From positions 34,226,001-34,290,000 of the forward strand of contig NC_086108.1 of NCBI RefSeq assembly GCF_963921235.1: 64,000 nt of DNA, written 5' to 3'. This stretch comes from Mobula hypostoma (Eukaryota). How positions within the stretch are numbered: position 1 is the first letter of the stretch; each line of letters begins with the position of its first letter. The notes under the pieces are model-generated. The model was given only the letters and a program-made list of their open reading frames with translations, made no database searches and had not been told where the DNA came from. The translations under genes were made by a program, and so were the position numbers. Below are positions 38,193 to 49,659 of the stretch, one piece after another.

Positions 38193-38399
38193 TTCACTGT
38201 GTGTGCTATTTGGTTTCATAAACCAAGTTCTTGTTTAACTTACTGAGTGGCACAGCACAAAAATAGGCCTTTAACCCCACCGTACCTATGCCATCCTTTT
38301 CCATGAATCGACACTGATCCCATTTGCCACAGGCACTGCCAAGGTTATGACAGACAACTGCTTGTAGCCTGAACTGTTCATAATTTGTAAATGAACAAC

Positions 38400-38600
38400 C
38401 GTACTTGGGAGGGGACATCGGAAACCGCAGTGACGGAGGAGTGCGCAAGCACGGGATGCCAGGCCGCCAGCCAGCCTCACTGATTCAGTGAATGTGTACA
38501 TCTGCTCAGTGCCCCCTGATTGCTGTGGCTCAGATGGAAGGCATGCAAAAAAGCCCCATTCCCACCCAGCAGAAAATACCTGCACCCTCACCACCCCCCT
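38400..38600. promoter_or_regulatory. Candidate enhancer or promoter (small CpG-retaining island)
   Basis: Cluster of CpGs at 38400-38470, NRF1-like TGCGCAAGCAC, palindrome TCACTGATTCAGTGA, CTCF-like CAATCAGGGGGCACTG (minus strand, ~38507-38522). Confidence 0.35.
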
Positions 38601-38804
38601 ACTGTCTACAGACATGACTCAAAGGAGATCATGTGATACACAGTGTTGGCAAACCAGGTGTAACACCCAAACTTCGAGTCATTTCCCCACTTGAAAGTAT
38701 ATTACACTTACTTGTTCCACTTAAGGATGCTTGCAGTAAATATTGTTGTACATTGTTAATGCAAGTACGGAAGACATGCCTAGCAAGTAGATTGCTTAGC
38801 GCCC

Positions 38805-38970
38805 ACGGGAGACCAAAGACAACTTGGCATTGTCCTGTAGAGGCAGAAATGAGGACTCTGAACCACACAGGGGGCACAATAGAGAAGATGGCCAAGAACA
38901 GACAGATATGGAGGACTTTCATTGCTCTCCTAAACACCAGCAGCTTAACAGGCAGTAAATAAGTGAGTAC
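38805..38970 (+). mobile_element. RTE-clade LINE 3' end
   Basis: GRPKTTW...VEAEMRTL...EKMAKNRQIWRTFIALL followed by a short taag/tgag tail. Confidence 0.7.
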
Positions 38971-39044
38971 TTGCACAGAGCAGACCTTGCTTGTAAATGT
39001 TTTCAATGAAATCATAGCAACCATAAAATATGAATGCGCGTTCC

Positions 39045-40030
39045 TGTGTGCTTCCTGAAGTCCACCATCAATTCCTTGATGATGTTGAACACAAGGTTAT
39101 TGTTGCAAGGCCACTCAACCAGCTGATACATCTCATTCCTCTACGTCTCCCGGTCTGAGATTCCACCAGCAATAGCTGTGTCATCAGTGAATTGAGCAGT
39201 GCCTAGTTATGCATGCATCAGTGTGGAGAGAGTAGAGCAGGGAGCTACACACACATCCCTGAGGTGTGCCTGTGCTGATTGCCAGCAAATAGGAGACATT
39301 ATTACTAATCTTCACTGACTGGGGTCTCCCAGTAAGGAAGTCGAGGATATGGTTACAGACGGAGGTACAGAAGCCCAGGTTATGAAGCTTTCTCTTCAGC
39401 AGTGAGGGGATGAGTGTGTAGAACACTGAGCTGTAATTAATAAACAGCAGCTGGACGTATATTCAGCTGTTGTCTAGATTCTCTGAAACTGAGTGGAGTG
39501 CAAGTAAGATTGTATCCCCTGTAGAATTATTGTGGTGATAGGCAAATTGCAGCAAGTCCAGATCCTTGCTTAAGCAGGAGTTAATTCTAGCCGAGACCAA
39601 CCTCTCAACTTATTTCATCACAGCAGATATGAGGACTATAAGGTGCTGGTTGTGAGGTAGCTCATCCTGCACTTCTTGGGAACAGATATGATTGATGCCC
39701 CTTTGAAGTAGATGGGAACGGACTGCAACAGTTGAACAGGTCTTTGAACACTCCAGTCAGTAGGTCGGTACAGATTTTCAGAACCCAGCCTGGTACACCA
39801 CTGATGCCTTATGAGGGTTCACCCTCTTGAGGAATGTTCTGACATTGGCCTCTGAGACAGAGGTCACAGGGTCACATGATGCTAAGGGGATTCATACAGG
39901 TGCAGTGCTTTTCTCCCTTTTGAAGCATGCTCAAAAATCATTGGTCTCATCAGTGAGTAATGCATCACTGCCATTTATGCTGTTAGGTTTCACCTTATAG
40001 GAAATAATGGCTTGCAAATCCTGTCTCAGC
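39045..40030 (-). mobile_element. Rex1/Babar-type LINE RT fragment
   Basis: ORF 39184-39426: [14 protein letters not shown]...[19 protein letters not shown]. Confidence 0.8.
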
Positions 40031-40931
40031 TGAAGGCCTGAGCATTTTTCAGCAATATGGGGACTGCTGATGAAGTCTTTAGGTGTACTCCACTTCTTCT
40101 CACCTTTACTGACCTAAACAGAGTTGAACGCTCCATTCTCTAACTGTTGATAAGTTGAAGGACAGGACCTCCGGGGTTGTGATCACAAGACTGCTATCCA
40201 TGCCACATGCCAGTCAGGCCAGAAATAGGAAAAGCATACAGTTTAACACATGGCTAAGGAACTGGTGCGGGAGGGAGGGCTTTAAAATTTTGGATCATTC
40301 AGCTCTCTTCCAGGGAAGGTGGGACCTTTACAGAAGGGACGGTTTGCACCTGAAGTGAATTGATATCCTAGAGGGAAGGTATGCAAAGGGATGGGGTTTC
40401 AACAAGAACTGTAGGGGGATGGGAACCAGAGTGCCAGAAAAGACAGTGGAGTGGCTGTGGGGATGTTAAGCCTACATAGAAGGTCAGGAATCAGAAGTTT
40501 GAGTATGATGAGACTAATGTTCTGAGCTACAAATATTTCAGTGCCAGGAGTATCAGGAAAGGTGGATGATTTAGGACATGGATCTGCACGTGGAATTATG
40601 ATATTGTAGCCATGAGTGAGACTTGATTGCAGGAGGGTCAGGACTAGGAGCTCAACGTTCCAGAGCTCTGTTGGTCTAGACATGATAGAGTGGAAGGGAT
40701 TAGAGGGGAAGGTTTAGCATTACTAGTCAGGGAAATGTCATGGCAGTGCTCGGTCAGGACAGACTGGAGAGCTCACCTGGTGTTGCTTTATGGGTAGAAC
40801 TGAGGAATAAGAAATGTAAGAGAACACTTAAGAAAGAGATCAGGAGGGCTCAAGGAAGATATGAGGTTGCCCTAGCAGACGAGGAGAAGGAAAATCCTGA
40901 GGGAATCTACAGATATGTTGTAAGCAAAAGG

Positions 40932-41347
40932 AACATCGAGGCGTGGGAGCTTGAAATAAGCGACACCGTGGACTGTAACATCGAAATAGTGAGCTGTTGA
41001 CTTCCCCTCTGTGGTAGGAGTGATACTGTTCTCTCCCTCCTTAGAGGTTTCAAAGTGTTTTTGATGGTCTATAGATCATGGTCTCTGGGGGCTTGCTATT
41101 GCTTAGTGGGTGGTGGCGGAGGGGGATGCTTTTTGCCAGAATAAGCGGGGGAGGGGGAGGAGGGAGGGTTGATGCTTTGCTGCTACTTATGGGTGGGAGA
41201 GGGGAGGGGGGCTTTGGGATTCTAACGCTTTTCTGCCATTCATTCTTTGAGGTTTTTTTCTCTCTGTTTCTTGGATGTCTGCGAAGAGTAAGGATTTCAG
41301 GTTGTATACTGCATACATTCTCTGACATTAAATTGAACCTTGAACCA
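40932..41347 (+). mobile_element. Non-autonomous retroposon with a Rex1/Babar-like 3' tail
   Basis: Interrupts the CR1 between agcaaaagg and attgcaagggacaaa. Ends atttcaggttgtatactgcatacattctctgacattaaattgaaccttgaacc. Confidence 0.6.
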
Positions 41348-42219
41348 TTGATTGCAAGGGACAAAGCTGGTCCTCTGGAAGATCAGAAAAGTAGTCTATG
41401 CTTGGAATCAAAAGAGATGGTGGAGTTCTTAAATGGAGTTTTTGCATTTGTAGTTACTCAGGAAATGGAAACAGAGTCTATAGAAGTCAGGCAAAGCAGC
41501 AGTCAGATCATGAAATTTATACACGTTACAGAGGAGGAGGTGTTTGCTGTCTTGAGGCAAGTTAGGGTGGATAGATCCCCAGGGCTGACAAGGTGCTCCC
41601 TCTGACACTGTGGGAGGCAAGTGCAGAAATTGCAGGGGCCCTAGCAGAGATATTTAAATAATCCTTAGCCATCAGAGGAATGAAGGATAGCCAATGTTGT
41701 TTCTGCTGTTTAAAAGACTCAATTATCGACCAGTGAACGTGACATCAGCAGTGGGAAAATTATTGGAAGATATTCCAGGGGACCAGACTTATGAGTATTT
41801 GGATAGACCTGGACTAATTGGAGATAGTCAGTATGGCTTCTGTGTGGTAGCTCATGACTAACTAATCTTATGGCGTTTTTCAAGGAAGTTATCAGGAAAG
41901 TTGATGAAGGCAAAGCAGTGGATGTTGGCTACACAAACTTTAGTAAGGCATTTGACAAGGTCCTGCATGGGAGGTAGGTCAAGAAGGTTCAGTCACTTGG
42001 CATTAAAGATGAAGGTGTAACTTGGATTAGACATTGGCTTTGTGATAGAAACCAGAGACTGGTAGTAGATGGTTGCCTCTCTGACTGGAGGCCTGTGAGC
42101 AGTGGAGTTCCATAAAGATAGGTGCTGAGTTCTTTGTTGTTTGTCATTTCAACGATCTGGATAATAATGTGGTTAACTGGGTCAAGTTTGAGAATGACAC
42201 CAAAACTGGTTGTGTAGTG

Positions 42220-42302
42220 CAGTGGTCCCAAACCTCTGGGCTGCACCCCTGCACGCTTCACGGATCGGTATCGGTCTGCGGCCCGGAGGTTGGAGACAAC
42301 TG
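42220..42302. mobile_element. 83-bp hAT (Charlie-like) MITE
   Basis: TIRs CAGTGGTCCCAAACCTC / GAGGTTGGAGACAACTG. TSD degenerate. Confidence 0.7.
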
Positions 42303-42595
42303 GGTTGTGGACAGAGAGGAAGACATCAGAGCTTGTAGTGGAATCTGAACCAACTGGAAAAATGGGCTGAGAAATGATAGAATTTAATGCAGACAATTAC
42401 GAGATATTGAACTTTAGTAGGATTTACACAGTGAATGGTAAAACAAAGGGATTTGGGAATACAGGTCCTTAATTGATTGAAAGTTGCATCACAGGTATTA
42501 GTGTTGTAAAGAAAGCTTTTGGCCGATTGCCTTCATAAATCAAAGTACTGAGTCTAGGAGATGGGATGTTTTGTTGAAGTTGTATAAGATGTTGG

Positions 42596-43179
42596 CAGAC
42601 ATCCTACCTCTCCCGGAAGTTCCGGGAGTCTCCCGCAAATTAATAGTGGCTCCCTGATGCCCTCAAATTACATACAATGTCCTGGAAATTGATTTTTTTG
42701 AGAACGAGCGTGAGAGAACGCACGACAGAGCGCGAGAGAGCGAGAGCAAGAGCGAGAAAGCAAGCGTGACAGAGCGCGAGAGAGCGAGAGCAAGAGTGAG
42801 AAAGCAAGCATGAGAGAGTTCCAAAAAAAGTCAGAGTGGCAGAGTGTTCCAAAAAAAAGAAAATATAAAACGTACATCACACCAGACTACACTGAAGTGT
42901 ACCCCTGCCTAATAGGGGTCAAAAATAATGACAGTGTTGCTCGCTGCACTGTTTGCAATAGTGACTTTTCTATTGCCCATGGTGGGTTAAAATGTAAAGG
43001 ACATGTTGAGGTGAGTTTAACAGGTGTCATTCGTTCATTGGCATAGCTAACATTATTTAAACTAGCTGGCTGGCTGCTAAGGAGCTACTCTATTGCAGAC
43101 ATCCCACCTCTCCTGGAAGTCTCCCACAAATTGATGGTGCTACCTCCCTGAAATGAGTTTTTGCAGGGTGGGATGTCTG
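42596..43179 (+). mobile_element. hAT-like deletion derivative with a BED-type zinc-finger remnant
   Basis: TIRs CAGACATCCTACC / GGTGGGATGTCTG. Flanks TGTTGG / TGTTGC. ORF 42810-43046: KKRKYKT...ARCTVCNSDFSIAHGG...GHVE followed by gtgagt. Confidence 0.75.
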
Positions 43180-43344
43180 TGTTGCTGAGGCCTAATCTAG
43201 AGTATTGTGTGCAGTTTCGGTCACCTACCTACAGGAAAGATGTCAATAAGATTGAAAGAGTACAGACAAATTTACAAGGACGTTGCCGGGATTGGAGGTC
43301 CTGAGTTATAAGAAACGATTGAATAAGTTGAAGTTTATTCCTTG

Positions 43345-43649
43345 TATTGGCGCATGACCAAGTGGTTAAGGCATTCATCTAGTGATCTGAAGGTCGCTAG
43401 CTCAAGCCTTGGCTGAGGCAGCGTGTTGTGTCCTTGAGCAAGACACTTAACCATACATTGCTCTGCGACGACACCGGTGCCAAGCTGTATGGGTCCTAAT
43501 GCCCTTCCCTTGGACAACATGGGTGGCGTGGAGAGGGGAGACTTGCAGCATGGGCAACTGCCGGTCTTCCAAACAACCTTGCCCAGGCCTGCGCCCTGGA
43601 AACCTTCCAAGGCGTAAATCTGTGGTCTCACGAGACTAATGGATGCCTA
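43345..43649 (+). mobile_element. tRNA-derived SINE with a CORE-like middle
   Basis: A-box-like tgaccaagtggttaagg, CORE-like gtgtccttgagcaagacacttaac, 10-bp TSD TTATTCCTTG (43335-43344, 43650-43659). Confidence 0.8.
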
Positions 43650-44339
43650 TTATTCCTTGGAACATACTAGATTGAGAGAAATTTGATAGAGCGATACAAA
43701 ATTATGAGGGGTATAGATAGGTAAAATGCAAACAGGCTTTTTTCCACTGAGGTTGGATGGGACTACAACTAGAGGTCATGGGTTAAGGGTGAAATGTTTA
43801 AAGGGAACACAAGAGGAAACTTCTTCGCTCACAGGATGATGAGAGTGTGGAATCAGCTGCCAAGTGGAGTATGCGAGCTTGATTTCAATGAAGACAAGTT
43901 TGGTTAGGTACATAGATGGCAGGGGTATAGCGGGCTGGTCCCAGCACAGGTCAATGGGAGTAGGCAGTTTAAATGGTTCAGCATGGACTAGATGGGCCGA
44001 GGGGCCTGTTTCTGCACTATACTTCTCTATGACTCTATGTCTCTAAATGGCCAATGGAGTATTAGTATAAATAAAAGAATATTGAATGAATTTGAACTCC
44101 AATGAATTGCTATTGATAGGTAATTTAATGAACAAGCTGTACTTCATCTCTTTTTCTCCAGGAACATGTACAACAGTGGAGTGGGAATTGTTTGAGCTGC
44201 TAAATTAAACAGAGTCTAAAAATAACTGCTATTACTGCTCCTGGGAGCATACTGTGCATAGTTTGGCTGTTAAGTTTTGTTATCGCACCAGTGCAACAGG
44301 TTCAGAAGTATTTGACAGTATGTAAGCTGACAATAAGGA

Positions 44340-45270
44340 GGTAGTTAAAAAATTGGCTGATCTTAAATTAGGTAAGACACCAGGATACATTCAGGATTTT
44401 GAGAGAAGTGTAGGAGAAAAACACAGAGAATTAGACCCATAATTGTCCAGCTTTCCCTGAAAAGGAGGTGTGGTGAATGTGATGGGGAGGAAGTGATGCC
44501 AGGTGTCTAGAAAGTGGCAGGTGTTGGAAGTAAGGATAGTCCCCACAACTGTGACTCAGTCAGTTTAACTCAAGTGGTGGGAAAGCTTTTAGAAACATTG
44601 ATCTGAGACAGGATTAATAGTCACTTGGCAGGTAATGGATGAATTAAGGAAAGCCACCATGGATGTAAATTGCATGTAAGTTGTTTTATAGAACTTATTG
44701 ATGAAGTCCTGGAGTGGGTTGATTACCCATTCAACGTAATGTACAAGAATTTCAGATTGCTTTGGAAAGAATGCCACAGGTCTATCAGAAAAGTTGGAGC
44801 AATGGTATATGGGGAATATTGATCGCACAGATGGGAAGCTTGCTAAGTAGCAACCAATAGAGGATTGTGAATACAGTTGTTTCTCAGACCGGAGAAAGAT
44901 AAAGAGCAGTATTCCCCAGTGGTAGTGATGTCTGTGGGTCTTTTAATCTATATTAATGAACTAGACTTGTGAGTGCAAGCCATCATTCCTGTATTTGCAG
45001 ATACCAGAAAAATTTGGCAGTATTTTGAACTGAGAAAAGGACAATGATAAGTTGCATCTGGATATAAACATGCTTATAACATAGTGAATGCACGGCAGAT
45101 AGACCTTACTGTGTAGAAATGTGAAGTAGTGCATTTTGGTATGAGGAATAAAGCAAGGCAGTATAGAATAAAAGATACGGTTCTAAAAAGGGTACATGAG
45201 CAGAGGGACTTGAAAGTATATATACATAAATCATTTAGAGTGGTAGGGCAGTTTAAGAAAGTTAAATACA
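44340..45270 (+). mobile_element. Very old CR1 RT fragment
   Basis: Remnants gtatttgcagataccagaaaaattt and aaatgtgaagtagtgcattttggtatgaggaa. Confidence 0.65.
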
Positions 45271-45371
45271 AATAAAGTAACTCTTTTTAATTTGCTTCAC
45301 TTACAGAATGTACAAATGGCTGACAAGGCTAGCAATTGTGTCCCGCCCCCAATGATTCCTGCCACAGTTCT

Positions 45372-45830
45372 TGTTCAAAGTTCAAGGTAAATTCATCATC
45401 AAAGTACATACATAAATGTCTCCATATACTACCCTGAAATACATTTTATTGCAAGCAATCGCAATAGAACTAAGAAATACAACAGAATCATTGAAAAACC
45501 ACACACAAAGACTGACAAACAACCAATGTGCAATAGAAGACAACCTGTGCAAATAAACAATTACATACACAAGTAAATAACTGAGAACATGAGTTGTAGA
45601 CTCCTTGAAAGTGAGTCCACAGGCTGTGGAGTTAAGTTGTCCACACAGTTTCAGAAGCCTGATTGTTGAAGGATAACAACTGTTCTTGAACCTGGTGCTG
45701 TGGGACCTAAGGGCTCCTGTACCTCCTTCCCAAAGGCAGCAGCAAGAAGAGTTTGTGGCTTGGGTAGTGGTGTCCTTGGTGATGGAAGCTGCAGTGCTCT
45801 TTGTCGATGTGCTCAATGGTGAGTCTTGTG
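45372..45830 (-). mobile_element. Rex1/Babar 3' fragment
   Basis: STRFKNSCYPSTIRLL (ORF 45382-45816) plus tail ttcaaagttcaaggtaaattcatcatcaaagtacata. Confidence 0.75.
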
Positions 45831-47068
45831 CAGGTACTTCTACAGTACTGTTGTATAGGGATTCCGGGATTTCTACTCATCAATGAAGAAAGACCTGCAA
45901 TATATTATACGTCCGGATGACATAAATTCCTGCAATCTAGGATTGATCCCGATCTCTGGCAATGCCTGTGAGGAGTTTCCACATTCTCCCTTTGACTGCC
46001 TCAGTTTTTGTCAGGTGCTCTAGTTTCCCCCTGCATCATAAGAAGATGTATTTTGATATGAGACTGGTTTAAGATCCAACCAGCATAGATAGAGCAGTAG
46101 ATTTGTTCTGTTCTGGGAAGAAGCAGGTACAACTGGAAGTTCAGCCATCTACCTTTGACAGTGAGTATAGTCAGTCTCAGAACATTTGTTGGTGAAGTAT
46201 TGAAGATACTAGGTCAAATAAAAACCATCATGTATTATTTGGGGAAACAATTAGAATTACTGTTAATCCTAACTAATTGTAGAGCAAGCAACATTTATAG
46301 GCAAGTGTTGGCTTAAAAAGTTTAGCTATTAATTGGGCTGATCTGTTCACTGGTCATATAGTTGACCCGGTCTTCCAAAGAAAGATTGAGTGGTAGGAAC
46401 ACCACCTTTACTCGACAACAAGTCAGTCAAGATTTTCCAGTCGTGGCTGCTGAGATCACAGAGACCCAAAATGAACCTCAAAAAGGCCCTCCTAAAGAAT
46501 GACCAAGAAAATATCCAAATGTGGATACATTCACCTTCCCACATCACCCAGGTTTGACAATGTGACACAGGCAGCTTGGATCTAACTCAGATGGACATTT
46601 TGCTTAGCATGGACAAGTTGGGCCATAGAGCCTGCTTCTGTGTTATACTGTTCTATGCTCCTATGTATAGCTAATTTCCATTTCACATATTGTACAGTGT
46701 CATAGTCCACTGCAGGATTTGTGCCTGATGTCTGACAGACGTTGAACGCACCTCACATTAGTGCAGCCCAGTCTGGAGGAAGAAAGCATAGGGAGCCAGG
46801 AGCTGAAACAAAAGTATTGGACTGCAACAGCTTCTGCATTTTGTGAAGCAGTTCACTAAGCTGCTGTTTGTCCACCAACAGTTTAGTTGATGGCATTACA
46901 TTCAAAATGAACGATGGCTACTCCTTCCCATATTAAGCTGCCTTTGGCAGCATCTCAAATCGGTTGATCACGCTCGATTTCTGGCAGTAATTGAACCTTG
47001 ATCCTATCAAAAAATAATCAGTACATGAACAGCTACTAGCCTGTTGGCCAATCAGAGGGTTTCAAAAC

Positions 47069-47312
47069 TGGAATGTTCTGTAACTTCAAAACATTACATA
47101 ATTCAAAGGAAGTATGAGTCCGAACTATGGGTGTAACTTCAGTTTTACTTGAAGCCAGGCGCACATATATCATGTGTTAGCGTGATGATGTATGCAGTTA
47201 ACGTATTTATACATATAATCCTTAACGAATTATTTAAACAAACAAGAATGCTTAATTAACTAATATATATACAAGTTTACTCAAATGTAAATGATATATT
47301 AAATTTGCAACA
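47069..47312 (-). mobile_element. Probable short solo LTR
   Basis: TG...CA termini with a 4-bp AAAC direct repeat on both sides. TATAAATA on the minus strand near 47205. Confidence 0.45.
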
Positions 47313-49555
47313 AAACCATGTGCATTCAGGAAAAAAAATCAATGTCCTTATATAACTGACAAAGCTTTGCTGTACAAATTATTGTGTTCTCACTTACTAG
47401 TAATGTGAATACTATAAATATAACCTCTCACTAATATCGGCAGCTTTGTATTTCCCACCCAAGAATCTTGAAGCACGGAGAAATTCTAATGCATCCTCTA
47501 AAGTCATGATGTTTATCGGAATCAGGATAAAGGGAAGTGGGTATATGTCAACTGCCCATGTGAGGATGCTACAATTGTAATTACACTTAGGAGGTATTTA
47601 ATTGACTGTAGTGCAATCGGAGACATTTTGAAATAGTCTTGATAAAAAGTTTCCCTTTTTTCTCCACAGTGCAAGTAAGGTCAGACAAGAGGAGCTGTTG
47701 CGAAAGTTGGGAATCTTGTAATTATGAATGTGTCCTCACAGCTGTACACTCGCTTGTTGCAAGAGCCCCTGCTGAGAGGTTACGTTCCACACTTCCGAGG
47801 TTAGGTCTCTCGCAACAGGTCTGCTGAAGCTTCGGCTGTGTTATATCAACGCCATCATTACCAGCAGCAGCACTGTAGTGTCCGCCAGGTAGTCAATGAC
47901 TTGTCACTTCAGAGAAGAGAATGAAGGGGAAGATTGCAAAGCAGGCTTTGGAGGGGGTGGGACGAACAAGGGTTAAAAAAGAGAGAGAAGCAGAGAGGAG
48001 AAAGCAGCAGAGCAATTCAATAACACAGCGTGTTAGGCTGTATGGAGTGAAGAATTGTGTGCACTTACTAACATGTAAACTTTTTCCACTGCATTAACAC
48101 CCCTGCAGTCTCCCAAACTCCATGTTAATCCACACTCAGCTCTGCTTTTCTTGCCATGAATATTTACAAATCTGTGCCATGATTATTGGAAATACAGTGA
48201 GTTTTGATTCAACAGCATCCCTAAAATGGGTAGTATGGCTTTTGAAATCTTTGGTTTTGCAGTGCACATATTAATGGTGTCATAAAACAATACAGTATAG
48301 ATACAGGCCCTTCAGCCCAATCAGTTCATGCCAGCAAGTGTGTGTTTGATGATATGAAATGCATGAAGCTCAAAAGCAATGAAATGATTTTGAACCACTC
48401 TGCTACAGCTGAAGGTATCAACAGTATGCTATAAGCATACAACATTCTCTCCGTTACAATTAGCTGCAGAAGCCATAGTGAAGGCGTGGGTGCACAGGTG
48501 ATTTGTTTCAACTATAAAGCAAGGATTTGCCTTAAGACAGCAAAGCTGAGAATGACAGAGCATCAACAGGGTTCCTTGTAAATATTCTGTTCGAATGCAC
48601 AATGATTACAGAACAGAAACCAACGAAATCAATCACAGATTGATGAGGAGATTTGTTCAGATGAGTCACAGTCCTCCTGTCTTGTTCTGCTCTGGTAGCT
48701 TATATAATTATTCTTCTATCATTATCAAAAATGATACTACTTTTTAAAGGAACTGTTACAGAGCACAATATAAATACTGAATCTTAAAAGCTGCAAAATC
48801 AAAAATAGCCCTATTTGTAATAGCACTGTCAACAGCTACTGTCCACTTTATTACTACTTCAGAAAGTTGTCAAAGCTTTTTGTTGTCAGTTTGTCATTTC
48901 CATTGGGAACAGTCACTCATAGCATTTAATTTATAGTTGGCATTGACAGTAAGTTAGCTTACCACACAAAAGAAATCTCCATTAATCCTTCACTGTGGAC
49001 AGAATATATGTGATAGCTCAAGACAAATCCAAGTATGTTTTGAAGCCAGTTTAAGGTACAGATAATAGATCCATAATTCAGATGTAACTGTGATAATAAT
49101 GAAAATTGCAATGTACTCCAAAGACTTCTTTAAACCTTTTCTCTTTGTCAATCCTTTCTTTGTCTTTTCCAATTGATTTCAACTTCTAAGTTCTCTGACT
49201 TCTTTAAAGTCCACTCAATAGCTGTCAGCACCAACTACTCTATAATTTTCTTCATCTTTATTCTAGTTAACACTCATGGTCATTGCATGGAACTGCTCTG
49301 CAAAATGTTGCGATTAAAATCCTTTGTGACTGGGGTGTATGAAAGGTTTCCTTGTCATCTTGCAACAACTGATCGGCCTTCTCCACAGCCTCGTCCTTGG
49401 TGTTCCATTCCGATTGCATTGTCTTCGTTCACTTTCATCCAATCCATCCCACACATCTTCCACAATATTTTATCCTCCCATTGTCACCATGGCTCCTTGC
49501 TTGTATTCATTTCTAGTACCTTATACCCTCTCTGCTCTACAAAGTCCTCCTAGAC

Positions 49556-49634
49556 CAGGGGTTCCCACATGGGGTCCATGGACCCACCAGTTAATGGTAG
49601 GGGTCCATGGCACAAAAAAAGGGTGGAACCCCTG
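49556..49634. mobile_element. 79-bp hAT MITE
   Basis: TIRs CAGGGGTTCC / GGAACCCCTG. Perfect 8-bp TSD TCCTAGAC (49548-49555, 49635-49642). Confidence 0.9.
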
Positions 49635-49659
49635 TCCTAGACTCTGAGACATTGCCAGA

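Larger units (their letters stand above)
40155..44045 (+). mobile_element. Degraded CR1 LINE (ORF1 esterase end and ORF2) with four nested insertions
   Basis: FNTWLRNWCGREGF...LYRRDGLH, RT remnants, tail ttctctatgactctatg. Confidence 0.85.

Noticed and set aside
37896..38238. ER-repeat and SL-repeat ORFs
   Set aside because: Translations of the (CT)n microsatellite.
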